Positions 46,327 through 55,866 of a stretch of 64,000 bases of DNA are shown here, piece by piece. Source of the stretch: a virus (Duplodnaviria > Caudoviricetes). A program made the translations under genes and the position numbers. The DNA lies in IMG/VR virus record IMGVR_UViG_2576861733_000002, positions 1-64,000 of that record. One strand, given 5' to 3'. Position 1 is the stretch's first letter. The number at the start of each line of letters is the position of its first letter. The notes under the pieces were generated by a model. The model saw only the letters and a list, made by a program, of their open reading frames with translations, was not told the origin of the DNA and did not search any database.

Positions 46327-46466
46327 AGCACAAAACCCGCGCAAGGCGGGTTAAGTACCCGGTCAGCCGACCAAAGCTTTCCGGAAACGAGTTTTGACCA
46401 ATGACCAACCGCAGGCGGCTGACATCAGCTGCCGGGTATCTTACAACCCAAAGGAACCCGAACGCA

Positions 46467-48599
46467 ATGAACACCTATGCATTCCTTATCAAAGCTAAAG
46501 CAAAATCTGACGCGAAAAATCTGTTCTGCTGGCTATCTGCCAAAACCGACGCACGTGCGGATCGTGAAATACTCAATATCCTGGAAGATGCTGGCATAGA
46601 AGTTGGCCGGGGACACAACCACCAGTTACCTGTGCGAACAAACTGGTTTGTCGTTGACGACCTGCCGGAGGAAGGTGCTCTGGATGAAACCTGGTGTGAT
46701 CGTTATGAGCTTGGCGACGACGGTCTTTCATGGCAGAAAATCGTCAATATAGCAGCACCAGCACCAGCACCAGCACCAGCACCAGCACCAGCACCAGCAC
46801 CAGAAAATTTGAATCCGGATGTGGGCGAAACACAACCAGGAACGCTATATGAATCAGCGCAGCCCCCGGTTGCCGGTGATTCTGATATTACTCCTGACGA
46901 TGACGCAAACACTGAATACCCGGTCTCTCGCTTGCGCCTTCCTCAGCGCATTATCGCGCAGTATCTTAGTGACAAATTCCGCCACCACGTCACCATGTCA
47001 CAGCGGGTTGAGATTGGTGCGATGGAACTGGACAGCGACAATAGTCATGTTCAGAACCTGCTCCTTGCAACACGAAACATCCCCGGCATCGAGAATCTGA
47101 CAACACACGAACTATGGAAGTTAACCAGCGCCATCAAGTCAGTATTCCCGGAAGAAAAACGCCATGAACTTGCTGTTATGGTTCAGTTCGTTCAGGCCTG
47201 GTCTGACACCCATCATATTGATCGTGGTCTGCTTGTGAAAGAGTGGGCTGCCGGCAAGCGCATAACGGCCATTCAACGAACAGACAGCGGTACTAACGCA
47301 GGCGGTGGTAACGCAACCGACCGTAATACCAGCTATGTCCATACGCTTGAAACGCTCGACGCTGAGATTGCAGCCGCTACCCTGCCGATGGATTTCGATA
47401 TCTACAATATCCCGTTATCTATCCATCGCCGCGCCAAAGACATTGTCGAAGGCAAAGAAAGCCCGTTCAAAGAATGGTCAGCAGCGCTGCGCAACACTCC
47501 AGGGGTGTTGGACTATTCCCGCGCGGCTATTTTTGCTGTTGTACGCTCCGCTCCTGAAAATATCACCCACTCACCGGAAAAGCTTCGCACATTCATCAAT
47601 ACGTATCTCACGGAGAGCGACCACGAAAAACCAACAAAAAAAGTACTTACGGCGGCGCGCCATATAGACAGTGTTGCTGTCGTCGCCGACGTGATTCAGG
47701 GAACCGAACCGATTGAAAGCCTCGAAAAACTTTCTACTGAATTCTCTGTGGTTGGAAAACAAGTGGCAGAGAAAATCATCACGCGGCAGGAATCCACATC
47801 ACCAGTGGCAAACCTGGGTAACGGTATTTTTTCAGTTGAATCACTCGTCAGAGAAACTCAGTCAGCGGAGAAACCAGCAGATGTGCAGATGGAAAAAACT
47901 GTCAGTGATGAAACCGCGGTTGTTGCTGAAATTCGGGAAAGCCAAACAGCAAATGTGCCAAATGAAAGCGATGTTGCAGATGGTAAACCCACAACTCCGT
48001 TAAATATGGATGCCGTTCATCAAAATGCTGAGGTTTTTTTCACCCATCTGATGGTAGATATTGAAGCGATGGGAGCAGGCCCTAATTCCCCAATAGTGGC
48101 GATTGCCGCCATATTCTTCGACCCGGCCACCAGCAGAATGGGAGCCGAGTTTTATCAGGCCGTCAGCTTGGCTTCCTCCATGTCGTTCGGCGCGCAGCCG
48201 GATGCCGACACTATTATCTGGTGGCTTAAGCAATCTTCCGAAGCCCGATCTGCGATTACCACTGATGACGCGTCAGGGTTGCTTGAGTCGCTCGAATTGC
48301 TGGCAGACTTTATCGCAGAGAACTCAGCAAATGGCAGCGATACAGTCCAGATATGGGGCAATGGCGCCACATACGATAACGTGATTTTGCGCCGGGCATT
48401 TGCGTTGACCGATACCCCCTTTCCCACACCGTTCTGGAATGATCGGGACGTCAGGACAATTGTTGAACTTGGAAAGGCTGTCGGTATAAACCCTCGCTAC
48501 ACCATCCCCTTCGAAGGGGAGCAGCACAACGCTCTAGCCGATGCCCGCCACCAGGTTAAATACGTTTCCGCTATCTGGCAGCGTCTGACAGCAAACTGA
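46467..48599 (+). CDS. RecE/exonuclease VIII-like protein with C-terminal DEDDh 3'-5' exonuclease
   Basis: RecE-type N-terminus (KAKAKS, NAGGGNATDR); HLMVDIE, WGNGATYDN, RDVRT, HNALADA. Confidence 0.85.
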   Translation: MNTYAFLIKAKAKSDAKNLFCWLSAKTDARADREILNILEDAGIEVGRGHNHQLPVRTNWFVVDDLPEEGALDETWCDRYELGDDGLSWQKIVNIAAPAPAPAPAPAPAPAPENLNPDVGETQPGTLYESAQPPVAGDSDITPDDDANTEYPVSRLRLPQRIIAQYLSDKFRHHVTMSQRVEIGAMELDSDNSHVQNLLLATRNIPGIENLTTHELWKLTSAIKSVFPEEKRHELAVMVQFVQAWSDTHHIDRGLLVKEWAAGKRITAIQRTDSGTNAGGGNATDRNTSYVHTLETLDAEIAAATLPMDFDIYNIPLSIHRRAKDIVEGKESPFKEWSAALRNTPGVLDYSRAAIFAVVRSAPENITHSPEKLRTFINTYLTESDHEKPTKKVLTAARHIDSVAVVADVIQGTEPIESLEKLSTEFSVVGKQVAEKIITRQESTSPVANLGNGIFSVESLVRETQSAEKPADVQMEKTVSDETAVVAEIRESQTANVPNESDVADGKPTTPLNMDAVHQNAEVFFTHLMVDIEAMGAGPNSPIVAIAAIFFDPATSRMGAEFYQAVSLASSMSFGAQPDADTIIWWLKQSSEARSAITTDDASGLLESLELLADFIAENSANGSDTVQIWGNGATYDNVILRRAFALTDTPFPTPFWNDRDVRTIVELGKAVGINPRYTIPFEGEQHNALADARHQVKYVSAIWQRLTAN
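46755..46802 (+). repeat. (GCACCA)8 in-frame microsatellite encoding (AP)8
   Basis: Eight perfect hexamers. Confidence 0.95.
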
Positions 48600-48669
48600 T
48601 TTTCAAAAATCACTATTAAACCAACCGGCCAGTTAATATTTTCTGGCCGGTCATTAAGAGAGATGACCG

Positions 48670-48948
48670 ATGCATGAACTTACGCTGTCGCCTGAGGAAA
48701 TTGCAGAAATCACTGGCTACTCGCGCTATACGCATCAACAACGTCAGTTACGCTGCCACGGCATTCCATTCACCACTGATGGGCGTAACCGTCCGATCGT
48801 TTTGCGCCGGAACTTAGTTCCTGGTCTTACTGAATTACCGAAGGTTGATGAATATGTTGCAACAGAACCTGACTACGACGCAATCAATGGGCCGACCACG
48901 CAAAGATCCAAGAGACAGGCACCTGCCACCAAGGGTTATCAAAAATAA
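48670..48948 (+). CDS. Excisionase-like protein (DUF4224)
   Basis: LSPEEIAEITGY....QQRQLR..GIPF; immediately before int. Confidence 0.8.
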   Translation: MHELTLSPEEIAEITGYSRYTHQQRQLRCHGIPFTTDGRNRPIVLRRNLVPGLTELPKVDEYVATEPDYDAINGPTTQRSKRQAPATKGYQK

Positions 48949-49903
48949 ATACAGCTACGTCTGGAAACCAAAGGGCACAAAATTAAGTATTACTCTGGGG
49001 AAAATACGGGATACCAGTATTTCAAAATTATGGATGCGTTATGAGGAAGAAAAAGCGAAGCGTCATGACGTCATGACTTTTGAGAAATTGTGGGGGATGT
49101 TTCTGGCTAGCCCTGCGTTCACCGAACTGGCTCCTCGCACCCAAACCGATTACAACCAGCATCAGAAACAACTGTTGGCGGTATTTGGGAAAATGCGGGC
49201 TGATGACATTAAAATCGAACAAGTAAGAATTTATATGGATAAACGCGGCGTTTCCAGTAAGAACCAAGCTAATCAGGAAGTATCCAGTATGTCCCGAGTT
49301 TTTGGATGGGGATTCGAACGAGGCTATGTGAAGGGTAATCCATGCAGAGGCATTCGTAAATTTACCCTCGTTGATCGTGACGTTTATATTTCTGACGAAG
49401 ATTATCTGGCGATTTATGAAAATGCACGGACAGAAGTACAGGTCGCTATGGAAATAGCATATCTTTGTGCGGCGAGAGAAGGTGATGTATTCGATCTTAA
49501 AATCCCTGACCTACGTGCCGAAGGTATCTTTATTGAACAGAACAAAACAGGGAAGAAACAGATTAAGAAGTGGACTCCACGCTTACAAGCGGCTGTTGCC
49601 TTGGCAAGCAAGCACTTTGCAAATAAATCATCGGAAGGTTACGTGATCCCTTCACCTAGCGGTGGAAGGATGAACAAAAAAACATTCAATACTTGGTGGA
49701 ATAACGCAAAAAAAGCAGCAGCGATAAAACTTGGCAGGAATATACTTGGTACATTTCACGATATTAAAGCTAAAGGGATTTCTGATTACGAAGGTAGTAG
49801 CCGTGACAAACAACTTTTCTCGGGACACAAAACCGAAAACCAAGTTCTTGTTTATGACAGGAAAGTAAAGATCACTCCATCACTCGACATGCCAGAAATA
49901 TAA
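48887..49903 (+). CDS. int: Prophage 1 tyrosine integrase
   Basis: MGRPRK start, AAREGD (Arg), QNKTGK, FHDIKAK, SGH, VYDR. Confidence 0.92.
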   Translation: MGRPRKDPRDRHLPPRVIKNKYSYVWKPKGTKLSITLGKIRDTSISKLWMRYEEEKAKRHDVMTFEKLWGMFLASPAFTELAPRTQTDYNQHQKQLLAVFGKMRADDIKIEQVRIYMDKRGVSSKNQANQEVSSMSRVFGWGFERGYVKGNPCRGIRKFTLVDRDVYISDEDYLAIYENARTEVQVAMEIAYLCAAREGDVFDLKIPDLRAEGIFIEQNKTGKKQIKKWTPRLQAAVALASKHFANKSSEGYVIPSPSGGRMNKKTFNTWWNNAKKAAAIKLGRNILGTFHDIKAKGISDYEGSSRDKQLFSGHKTENQVLVYDRKVKITPSLDMPEI

Positions 49904-49911
49904 AAAGGTAT

Positions 49912-49934
49912 AAAAAACCCGCAAAAGCGGGTTT
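49912..49934. terminator. Bidirectional terminator between int and the converging operon
   Basis: AAACCCGC-aaaa-GCGGGTTT. Confidence 0.75.
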
Positions 49935-49947
49935 AAATTAACTTAAA

Positions 49948-50097
49948 TCAAGCGGCTTTCTTTTCAGAACAGCCACATACAGGAATAGGAAATGGTTTTC
50001 CTTTCTTTGCGTGACGAACAACTCCATCTACACATACAGTGTAGCGGAAGATGAGTTCGCACGTATTCCCGCATTTTGGACAGGTAGTAGTTGCCAT
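49948..50097 (-). CDS. 49-aa Cys-rich (zinc-ribbon-like) peptide
   Basis: GGAGAG RBS; CPKC...C.C pattern. Confidence 0.5.
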   Translation of the reverse strand: MATTTCPKCGNTCELIFRYTVCVDGVVRHAKKGKPFPIPVCGCSEKKAA

Positions 50098-50271
50098 CAG
50101 CAAACTCTCCCTGCATTCCTGTAAACCCATACAGGTTGCGCATTGTTAGGAGAACCGCTAAACTTTGCTTGTCTAACACAAGTGTAGCGGATGGGTTACC
50201 TCCATTACATATCGGAAAGTTTCTCAGGCTTCCCGACCCCCCAAAGCCCTGTTCTCAGCAGGGCTTTGTTT

Positions 50272-50715
50272 TTAATCTTGTTCTACTGATTCCAAAGGCA
50301 CAGACCATGGGAGTTTAATGGTGCGCATCGGAGTTCGTTCGAATACAGACTCAAATGCCAGTTTTAATGTGATAGATGTAAAATTTTCGAAAAACCATTC
50401 ATTTGCCATATAGAATTTTTCATCAATAGGCTCATCCCCTTCTATATCATAGAATACATCTATTTTAAGATTGGCTTCGAATGCCAGGCCCTCTTCGTCC
50501 GGTTCGTCAGGATTCTCTAGAGCTTCATCGTTATAGCCCTTGATAGAAGCCTCTAAAGCCATTTGAGCCCAGCTTTTTTTAAGTTCCTCGTCATACCCAG
50601 AAACAAACTGACCATTGCTGACAAGCAGTTTAAAACGCCCGCCTTCACTATCCTTGTGCTCAACAAACTGTGACGAAGAAATGTCAAAACCTTTGTATTT
50701 GATTTTTTCCAACAT
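50272..50715 (-). CDS. SecB-like chaperone (putative TAC chaperone)
   Basis: 147 aa, acidic, beta-strand pattern then helix and terminal IKLP; start overlaps the hicB stop. Confidence 0.6.
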   Translation of the reverse strand: MLEKIKYKGFDISSSQFVEHKDSEGGRFKLLVSNGQFVSGYDEELKKSWAQMALEASIKGYNDEALENPDEPDEEGLAFEANLKIDVFYDIEGDEPIDEKFYMANEWFFENFTSITLKLAFESVFERTPMRTIKLPWSVPLESVEQD

Positions 50716-51173
50716 CAGTGACGAGTCCCTTTTTCAACATTCCCTATCCACTTAGACTCGCGTTCTGAGGATGAATAATACTCATGAGTGAAAACCTCAG
50801 TTCTCTCTCGCTTTTCAAAGTGAAAATGAAATTCTTTCTTATCAACAACCTTTTCTTCGATCGCCGTTTTTACATAATCATTGAGACTCTTACCATCGGC
50901 ACAAGCTGCAAGGTAAGCCTTTTTATGGAGATCTGAACCGATACGAATGTTAAACGTACCACTCATAGGCTTCTCTGGCTCTTTGTTTAAGGCCTTGCAT
51001 GTTTCCAGATAATCATCAACAGCTTCCTCAAAAGCAAGTTGTAAACCATCAAGGGTTTCAGCTTCATAAGTCACAAGATCATTTACGCATTGGATTTTCC
51101 CATGAAGAACCCTATCTTCTAGAGAAAACTCAACACTTCCAAAATAACCTTTAAATTTCAGCATATTACTCAT
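50715..51173 (-). CDS. hicB: HicB antitoxin with C-terminal extension
   Basis: KGYFGSVEFS.ED..LHGKI, AFEEAVDDYL, KP.SGTFNIRI..DLH, SLNDYV, plus about 40 extra residues. Confidence 0.9.
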   Translation of the reverse strand: MSNMLKFKGYFGSVEFSLEDRVLHGKIQCVNDLVTYEAETLDGLQLAFEEAVDDYLETCKALNKEPEKPMSGTFNIRIGSDLHKKAYLAACADGKSLNDYVKTAIEEKVVDKKEFHFHFEKRERTEVFTHEYYSSSERESKWIGNVEKGTRH

Positions 51174-51414
51174 AATTATCTAGCTCATCTAAAAGAGTCT
51201 TAACTTCCTTGAGTACATACCCTTTCACTATATTCCCCGGATGAGGGCAATGAAATGACACCAACCTACCGTGATCATTGACAAATTTTCTCTTTGAACC
51301 AGAACCGTTTAAAACATTAAAACCATACTGACCAAGAAGTGTAACAAGCTCTTCCCAGGTAAAATCCTTTGGCAGCGTTCCAAGCCGCTCCCTTAGTTTC
51401 TTGCTTTTACTCAT
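51166..51414 (-). CDS. hicA: HicA toxin (mRNA interferase)
   Basis: PKDFTWEEL..LL..YGF...GSGS.RKF...H.PHP. Confidence 0.9.
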   Translation of the reverse strand: MSKSKKLRERLGTLPKDFTWEELVTLLGQYGFNVLNGSGSKRKFVNDHGRLVSFHCPHPGNIVKGYVLKEVKTLLDELDNYE

Positions 51415-51440
51415 TCAAGTATATCCCTTGAGAGCATGTT

Positions 51441-51461
51441 TGCAACTAAAATCCAGTTGCA
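51441..51461. promoter_or_regulatory. Palindromic operator candidate upstream of hicA
   Basis: TGCAACT-N7-AGTTGCA. Confidence 0.6.
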
Positions 51462-51799
51462 TGTAATTGTATAGAAAATCCTCGGACAAAACATCACTTT
51501 TGGTAGCGATATGAACGAGAGAACTCAATACAACAGATACAAAGCAGATTTCAATCAGATGGATAAACAGTCTAATGCCATGGCTCCTGCCTCAGGAAAA
51601 CGTCTCTAAGGAAGTTCCTGCAGTAATAAGGAGTTCTGAATTGAATATATTGTAACAAGAAATTTTGAGAGCGGGGAGGAGAGATGTAAAAGACATGTAT
51701 AACTATCGATTCGTGAAAATATACCAAGCGAATATACCAACACTATACCAACAGCAAAAAAACAAAGGGGCTAGCTTATTGCTAACCCCTTGTTTAATC

Positions 51800-51859
51800 T
51801 GGCGGAAGCGCAGAGATTCGAACTCTGGAACCCTTTCGGGTCGCCGGTTTTCAAGACCG
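51800..51859 (-). tRNA. serT: 3' 60-nt fragment of tRNA-Ser(TGA), att-site duplication
   Basis: Minus strand CGGTCTTGAAAACCGGCGACCCGAAAGGGTTCCAGAGTTCGAATCTCTGCGCTTCCGCCA; the 5' acceptor and D-arm are missing. Confidence 0.9.
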
Positions 51860-51984
51860 ATAAAAACAACTTGAAAATCATAAAGTTGCATATATAAAAA
51901 AGAATATAACTAACAGTAAATTACTTTATATATCATCATGTTGTGGAATGCTGCCATATAGTTATTCTTCGTCTTTTTTGAATA

Positions 51985-52368
51985 CTACATCACAGGGCAA
52001 TCATCAAACTCAAGCGTTCGCATATCGTTTACAGCGTGCGTTACAACTCCAAAAATTCCATCGTTTTCGTCGGCCGTTTCAGGATCTATTCTCTCAGTGT
52101 GCCCGTCTTCTAACCGTTCAAAATGCCGATATGGCCTCAGCCGAAACCGGCGCAGATGAAATTCACCCGCCAGGCAGCACACAACGACAGAACCGTCGCA
52201 TGGCGTGAGTGACCGATCAATGATGAGTAGCGCACCCTGCGTGATACCGGCGCGCCAGTACGTGTTACCGGCACGCATAAAATATGTTGCATGCGGATGC
52301 GAGACAAACTGCTTATCAAGAGATAACCGGTCTTCAATGTAGTCTTGAGCAGGTGACGGAAATCCCAT
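51985..52368 (-). CDS. UmuD'-like (HumD-type) protein
   Basis: Starts MGFPSPAQDYIE; catalytic Ser/Lys positions read GNTY and FHLRR. Confidence 0.82.
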   Translation of the reverse strand: MGFPSPAQDYIEDRLSLDKQFVSHPHATYFMRAGNTYWRAGITQGALLIIDRSLTPCDGSVVVCCLAGEFHLRRFRLRPYRHFERLEDGHTERIDPETADENDGIFGVVTHAVNDMRTLEFDDCPVM

Positions 52369-52370
52369 AA

Positions 52371-52610
52371 TCAGATACCTCCATTCGGATTGAACATAAA
52401 CCAGAGCTTATCTTCGCTATGGTGAGGTGTGATGTCGCGAAAATTACGTGTATGCGACTTGATCCAGTCGTTCGCCTGCGCAAGCGTCCAATAAAAATTA
52501 ACTGCTGCAAGCTGGCGTACAAACTCGCCCGTCGTGACAACACGACGGCCTGATGGCTCGCAATGTATGGCCTGACGAAAAGCGAAAGGAATGTCCTGGC
52601 GGCGTGGCAT
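52371..52610 (-). CDS. SOS-induced phage hypothetical protein upstream of the humD-like gene
   Basis: MPRRQDIP.AFR; LexA box 20 bp upstream. Confidence 0.7.
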   Translation of the reverse strand: MPRRQDIPFAFRQAIHCEPSGRRVVTTGEFVRQLAAVNFYWTLAQANDWIKSHTRNFRDITPHHSEDKLWFMFNPNGGI

Positions 52611-52629
52611 GATAGAAGTCTCGATTATA

Positions 52630-52645
52630 CTGGTTATATATACAG
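52630..52645. promoter_or_regulatory. LexA (SOS) box
   Basis: CTGGTTATATATACAG. Confidence 0.8.
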
Positions 52646-52722
52646 TATAACCAATTATCAGGTCGATCAAGTTACTTACTGGTGCTAAACTTTGTTCCTT
52701 TCAGAATTTACTGATTTTTATA

Positions 52723-53082
52723 ATGTTAAAGCTATTTAGTCGATATATTTCAGTTGGCGTAATCAATACTGCACTGCACTGGGTATGCTTTGGGATGCTT
52801 CTGCATTTTGGCGCAAGCCAGGCTGTTTCAAATCTGGCCGCCTTCTGTATAGCTGTCACATTCAGCTTCTTTGCTAACGCTAAATGGACATTTCGTTCAC
52901 GGGCGACATCTGGTCGCTATGTTGCGTTCGTCGCTTTTATGGGCGCTATGGCCGCCCTAATCGGTTACATATCCGATACCATGAAATTTCCGCCAGTATT
53001 AACCCTGATCACATTTTCCGGTTTTAGCCTGATAGCAGGCTTTATTTACTCAAAACTCATTGTGTTTAGAGATGCGAAATGA
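52723..53082 (+). CDS. gtrA: Bactoprenol-linked glucose flippase GtrA
   Basis: [31 protein letters not shown]. Confidence 0.95.
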   Translation: MLKLFSRYISVGVINTALHWVCFGMLLHFGASQAVSNLAAFCIAVTFSFFANAKWTFRSRATSGRYVAFVAFMGAMAALIGYISDTMKFPPVLTLITFSGFSLIAGFIYSKLIVFRDAK

Positions 53083-53999
53083 AAATTTCTCTGGTCGTTC
53101 CAGTCTTCAATGAAGAAGACGCAATACCTATCTTTTATAAAACCGTAAGGGAGTTTGAAGGATTAAGAGATCATGAAGTTGAAATAGTGTTCATAAATGA
53201 CGGCAGCAGAGATGCAACTGAATCGATTATTAAAGCCCTTGCTGTTAGCGATCATCTTGTTGTTCCACTCTCTTTTACGCGTAACTTCGGCAAAGAGCCT
53301 GCTCTGTTTGCCGGACTTGATCACGCAACAGGTGAAGCAATTATCCCGATTGACGTTGACCTACAGGACCCTATAGAAGTCATTCCCCACCTGATAGAGA
53401 AATGGCAGGCTGGTGCCGATATGGTCCTTGCGAAACGAACTGATCGCTCAACAGATGGGCGCCTTAAACGCAAAACTGCCGAATGGTTTTACAAGCTGCA
53501 TAACAAAATCAGCGACCCCAAGATCGAAGAAAATGTTGGTGACTTCCGCCTGATGTCTCGCGAGGTAGTCGAAAATATCAAGATGATGCCTGAGCGTAAC
53601 CTGTTCATGAAGGGCGTTCTGAGTTGGGTTGGTGGTTGTACTGATGTTGTGGAATATACTCGCGCTGAACGCGTAGCAGGCAGCACTAAATTCAACGGAT
53701 GGAAGTTATGGAATCTGGCGATTGAAGGCATAACCAGCTTTTCCACTTTTCCTTTGCGGATGTGGACGTATATCGGTCTTGTTGTCGCAGGGATGGCTTT
53801 TATTTATGGCGCGTGGATGGTTTTAGATACGCTGGCTTTTGGAAACCCGGTAAGAGGTTATCCGTCACTGCTTGTTTCAATACTTTTCCTTGGAGGTGTT
53901 CAATTGATAGGGATCGGTGTGCTTGGAGAATACATTGGCAGAATTTACATTGAAACTAAAAGACGCCCTAAATATTTGCTTAAGGATTTTAAAAAATGA
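53079..53999 (+). CDS. gtrB: Bactoprenol glucosyltransferase GtrB
   Basis: [31 protein letters not shown]. Confidence 0.96.
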   Translation: MKISLVVPVFNEEDAIPIFYKTVREFEGLRDHEVEIVFINDGSRDATESIIKALAVSDHLVVPLSFTRNFGKEPALFAGLDHATGEAIIPIDVDLQDPIEVIPHLIEKWQAGADMVLAKRTDRSTDGRLKRKTAEWFYKLHNKISDPKIEENVGDFRLMSREVVENIKMMPERNLFMKGVLSWVGGCTDVVEYTRAERVAGSTKFNGWKLWNLAIEGITSFSTFPLRMWTYIGLVVAGMAFIYGAWMVLDTLAFGNPVRGYPSLLVSILFLGGVQLIGIGVLGEYIGRIYIETKRRPKYLLKDFKK

Positions 54000-55807
54000 C
54001 TAAAAAGGGAATTTCAACATTATTAGTTTTTTTAATATTTTCTTATATTTTTAGCGCATTAAGCTATAAGTTCACCCCAAGCTCTGACAGCATGAGCGGC
54101 ATTCTGGAGGCTGCTGATATTGCTAAAGGTAACTTTGCGCTGAAAGGATGGTATTTATCAACAGTCACTTTTTATTTTACTGACTTAGTCTGGTTTGCGC
54201 TTGCCATAAAGCTTTTTGGTTATTCTGAGTGGATAACATACGTCATACCTGGATTAATGGCGGGCGGCCTTATCGCATCATGCTACGCTCTGGGAACAAG
54301 TTCCGGCTACAAAAAAGCATGGCCTTTACTACTGTTCCTTGTTTTTCCGGGTACAGCAGTTAGTTACATGCTTTCTGTTGCGATAATACATGTTCCTACA
54401 TATGCTTATATTGTTCTTTCATATATATTAATTGAGCTTTATTGCAAAAGGCAAAACAAGCTCTATTTATTATTAGCATCAATAATTGCATCTTTAACAG
54501 TATTTAGCGATGATATAACAACATATTTATTTTTCTTGCCAGTTGCAATCGCTTGTTTTATATCGAATGCAAATACAAAAGATAAAGCTGTTGTATTTTT
54601 GTCTTTGGTTTTTTCGTATATATTATTCAAGGTGATCTTATACTTTACTAACTCACCTGAATTTTTTTATTTACCCGGAGTTGGATCTCCTACATTTGTT
54701 AGTTATGACAAGTTATCATTCAACATTTCGCTTCTTTTTAAAGGTCTTTTAATATTATTCAACGCTGATTTTTTTGGCAAAGTAATTAGCTCCCCTGGCG
54801 GGGTGTTTTCTTCATTAAAGTTTGCATCATTAGTTATATTTTTTGTTCTTTTGATTCCTTCACTTATAAAAATAAGAAAACTTGGCCTGATTGATGCTGC
54901 TCTATTGATAGCGTCTCTTATCATGATCCCAGCGTATGCATTAAGCGATAAGCCAGTTGATGCAGGTACAACAAGATATTTGATTCCTGTTATTATTTTT
55001 GGCTCAATATTCTTGTGCCGAAACATTAATATAACAAAGAAATCAAATATCATTTTATGGGTCTTTACTTTTCTTATTTCCGCGTATTCTTTGACGTATG
55101 TTAACCAGCCTGATTTTTCATTTAGCAGGGATAGATCAACATCAAAATACAGACTTATATCTGATTTTTTGACTAAGCATAACCTAACTAATGGTTATGC
55201 GACATTCTGGAATGCAGCAGCAACGAGTGTCGAAAAGGAATTCAGTATAGGACCTATTAACATAGACGTTGCAAATAAAAAAGTGATGCCTTCTTTTTGG
55301 TTAACAAAAACTTCTTATTTTAACAATGGAAATAATTTTTTCATTGTTGACAATGAGCAGCAACGGCATGTTATAGAGGAATTGTACGGAAAGCCAGAAT
55401 TGACGTATATGGTATGGAATTCGCCTATTATGGTTTATGGTCACCCTGTCAATGTCGATGAAGGCGATGTGCAAGGAAGTGCAGATACAGTGAAAAGCGA
55501 TTTCAGGGCTGCGGATAAGAATCAGATATGTAATGCTGGTACAAAGGGAATGCTTGCATATGGGCCATATAAAACCCTTGGTCGGGGCTGGTACTCTCTA
55601 AAGATAAATACACATGGTGATCAATACGAGGCATCTATTTTCTCCTATGTAACAGGTGTAAAAATTAAGATGTCCCAAGAAAAATACAAGAATGGTTCAT
55701 ATGTTTTCGAAATAAAGGAAGATATGCCATCTGCAGAAATACAGCTTTTTGTTCAAAAAGGCTCAGATGTGTGTTTTGAATCGTACTCGCTTCAGCGTGT
55801 AAAATAA
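53996..55807 (+). CDS. Serotype-specific glucosyltransferase (GtrC-like)
   Basis: Multi-TM, low GC, third gene of the gtr operon, periplasmic C-terminal domain. Confidence 0.8.
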   Translation: MTKKGISTLLVFLIFSYIFSALSYKFTPSSDSMSGILEAADIAKGNFALKGWYLSTVTFYFTDLVWFALAIKLFGYSEWITYVIPGLMAGGLIASCYALGTSSGYKKAWPLLLFLVFPGTAVSYMLSVAIIHVPTYAYIVLSYILIELYCKRQNKLYLLLASIIASLTVFSDDITTYLFFLPVAIACFISNANTKDKAVVFLSLVFSYILFKVILYFTNSPEFFYLPGVGSPTFVSYDKLSFNISLLFKGLLILFNADFFGKVISSPGGVFSSLKFASLVIFFVLLIPSLIKIRKLGLIDAALLIASLIMIPAYALSDKPVDAGTTRYLIPVIIFGSIFLCRNINITKKSNIILWVFTFLISAYSLTYVNQPDFSFSRDRSTSKYRLISDFLTKHNLTNGYATFWNAAATSVEKEFSIGPINIDVANKKVMPSFWLTKTSYFNNGNNFFIVDNEQQRHVIEELYGKPELTYMVWNSPIMVYGHPVNVDEGDVQGSADTVKSDFRAADKNQICNAGTKGMLAYGPYKTLGRGWYSLKINTHGDQYEASIFSYVTGVKIKMSQEKYKNGSYVFEIKEDMPSAEIQLFVQKGSDVCFESYSLQRVK

Positions 55808-55866
55808 TAACAAGATGAAAAGCGCCAGTAATAGAACACTGGCGCTATGTCATTTAAGTAATTATT

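Larger units (their letters stand above)
1..51859. mobile_element. Prophage 1: lambda/Gifsy-like cos-type siphovirus (left end outside window)
   Basis: Canonical lambdoid order: terS-terL-portal-capsid-tail Z,U,V,G,T,H,M,L,K,I,J-fiber, lysis, Q, replication, cro/cI, xis-int, then a tRNA-Ser fragment. Right boundary is inferred. Confidence 0.92.

Noticed and set aside
51665-51891. Short ORFs over the tRNA fragment, or an intact tRNA-Ser
   Set aside because: The ORFs are shadows of tRNA sequence, and the tRNA lacks its 5' acceptor strand and D-arm.
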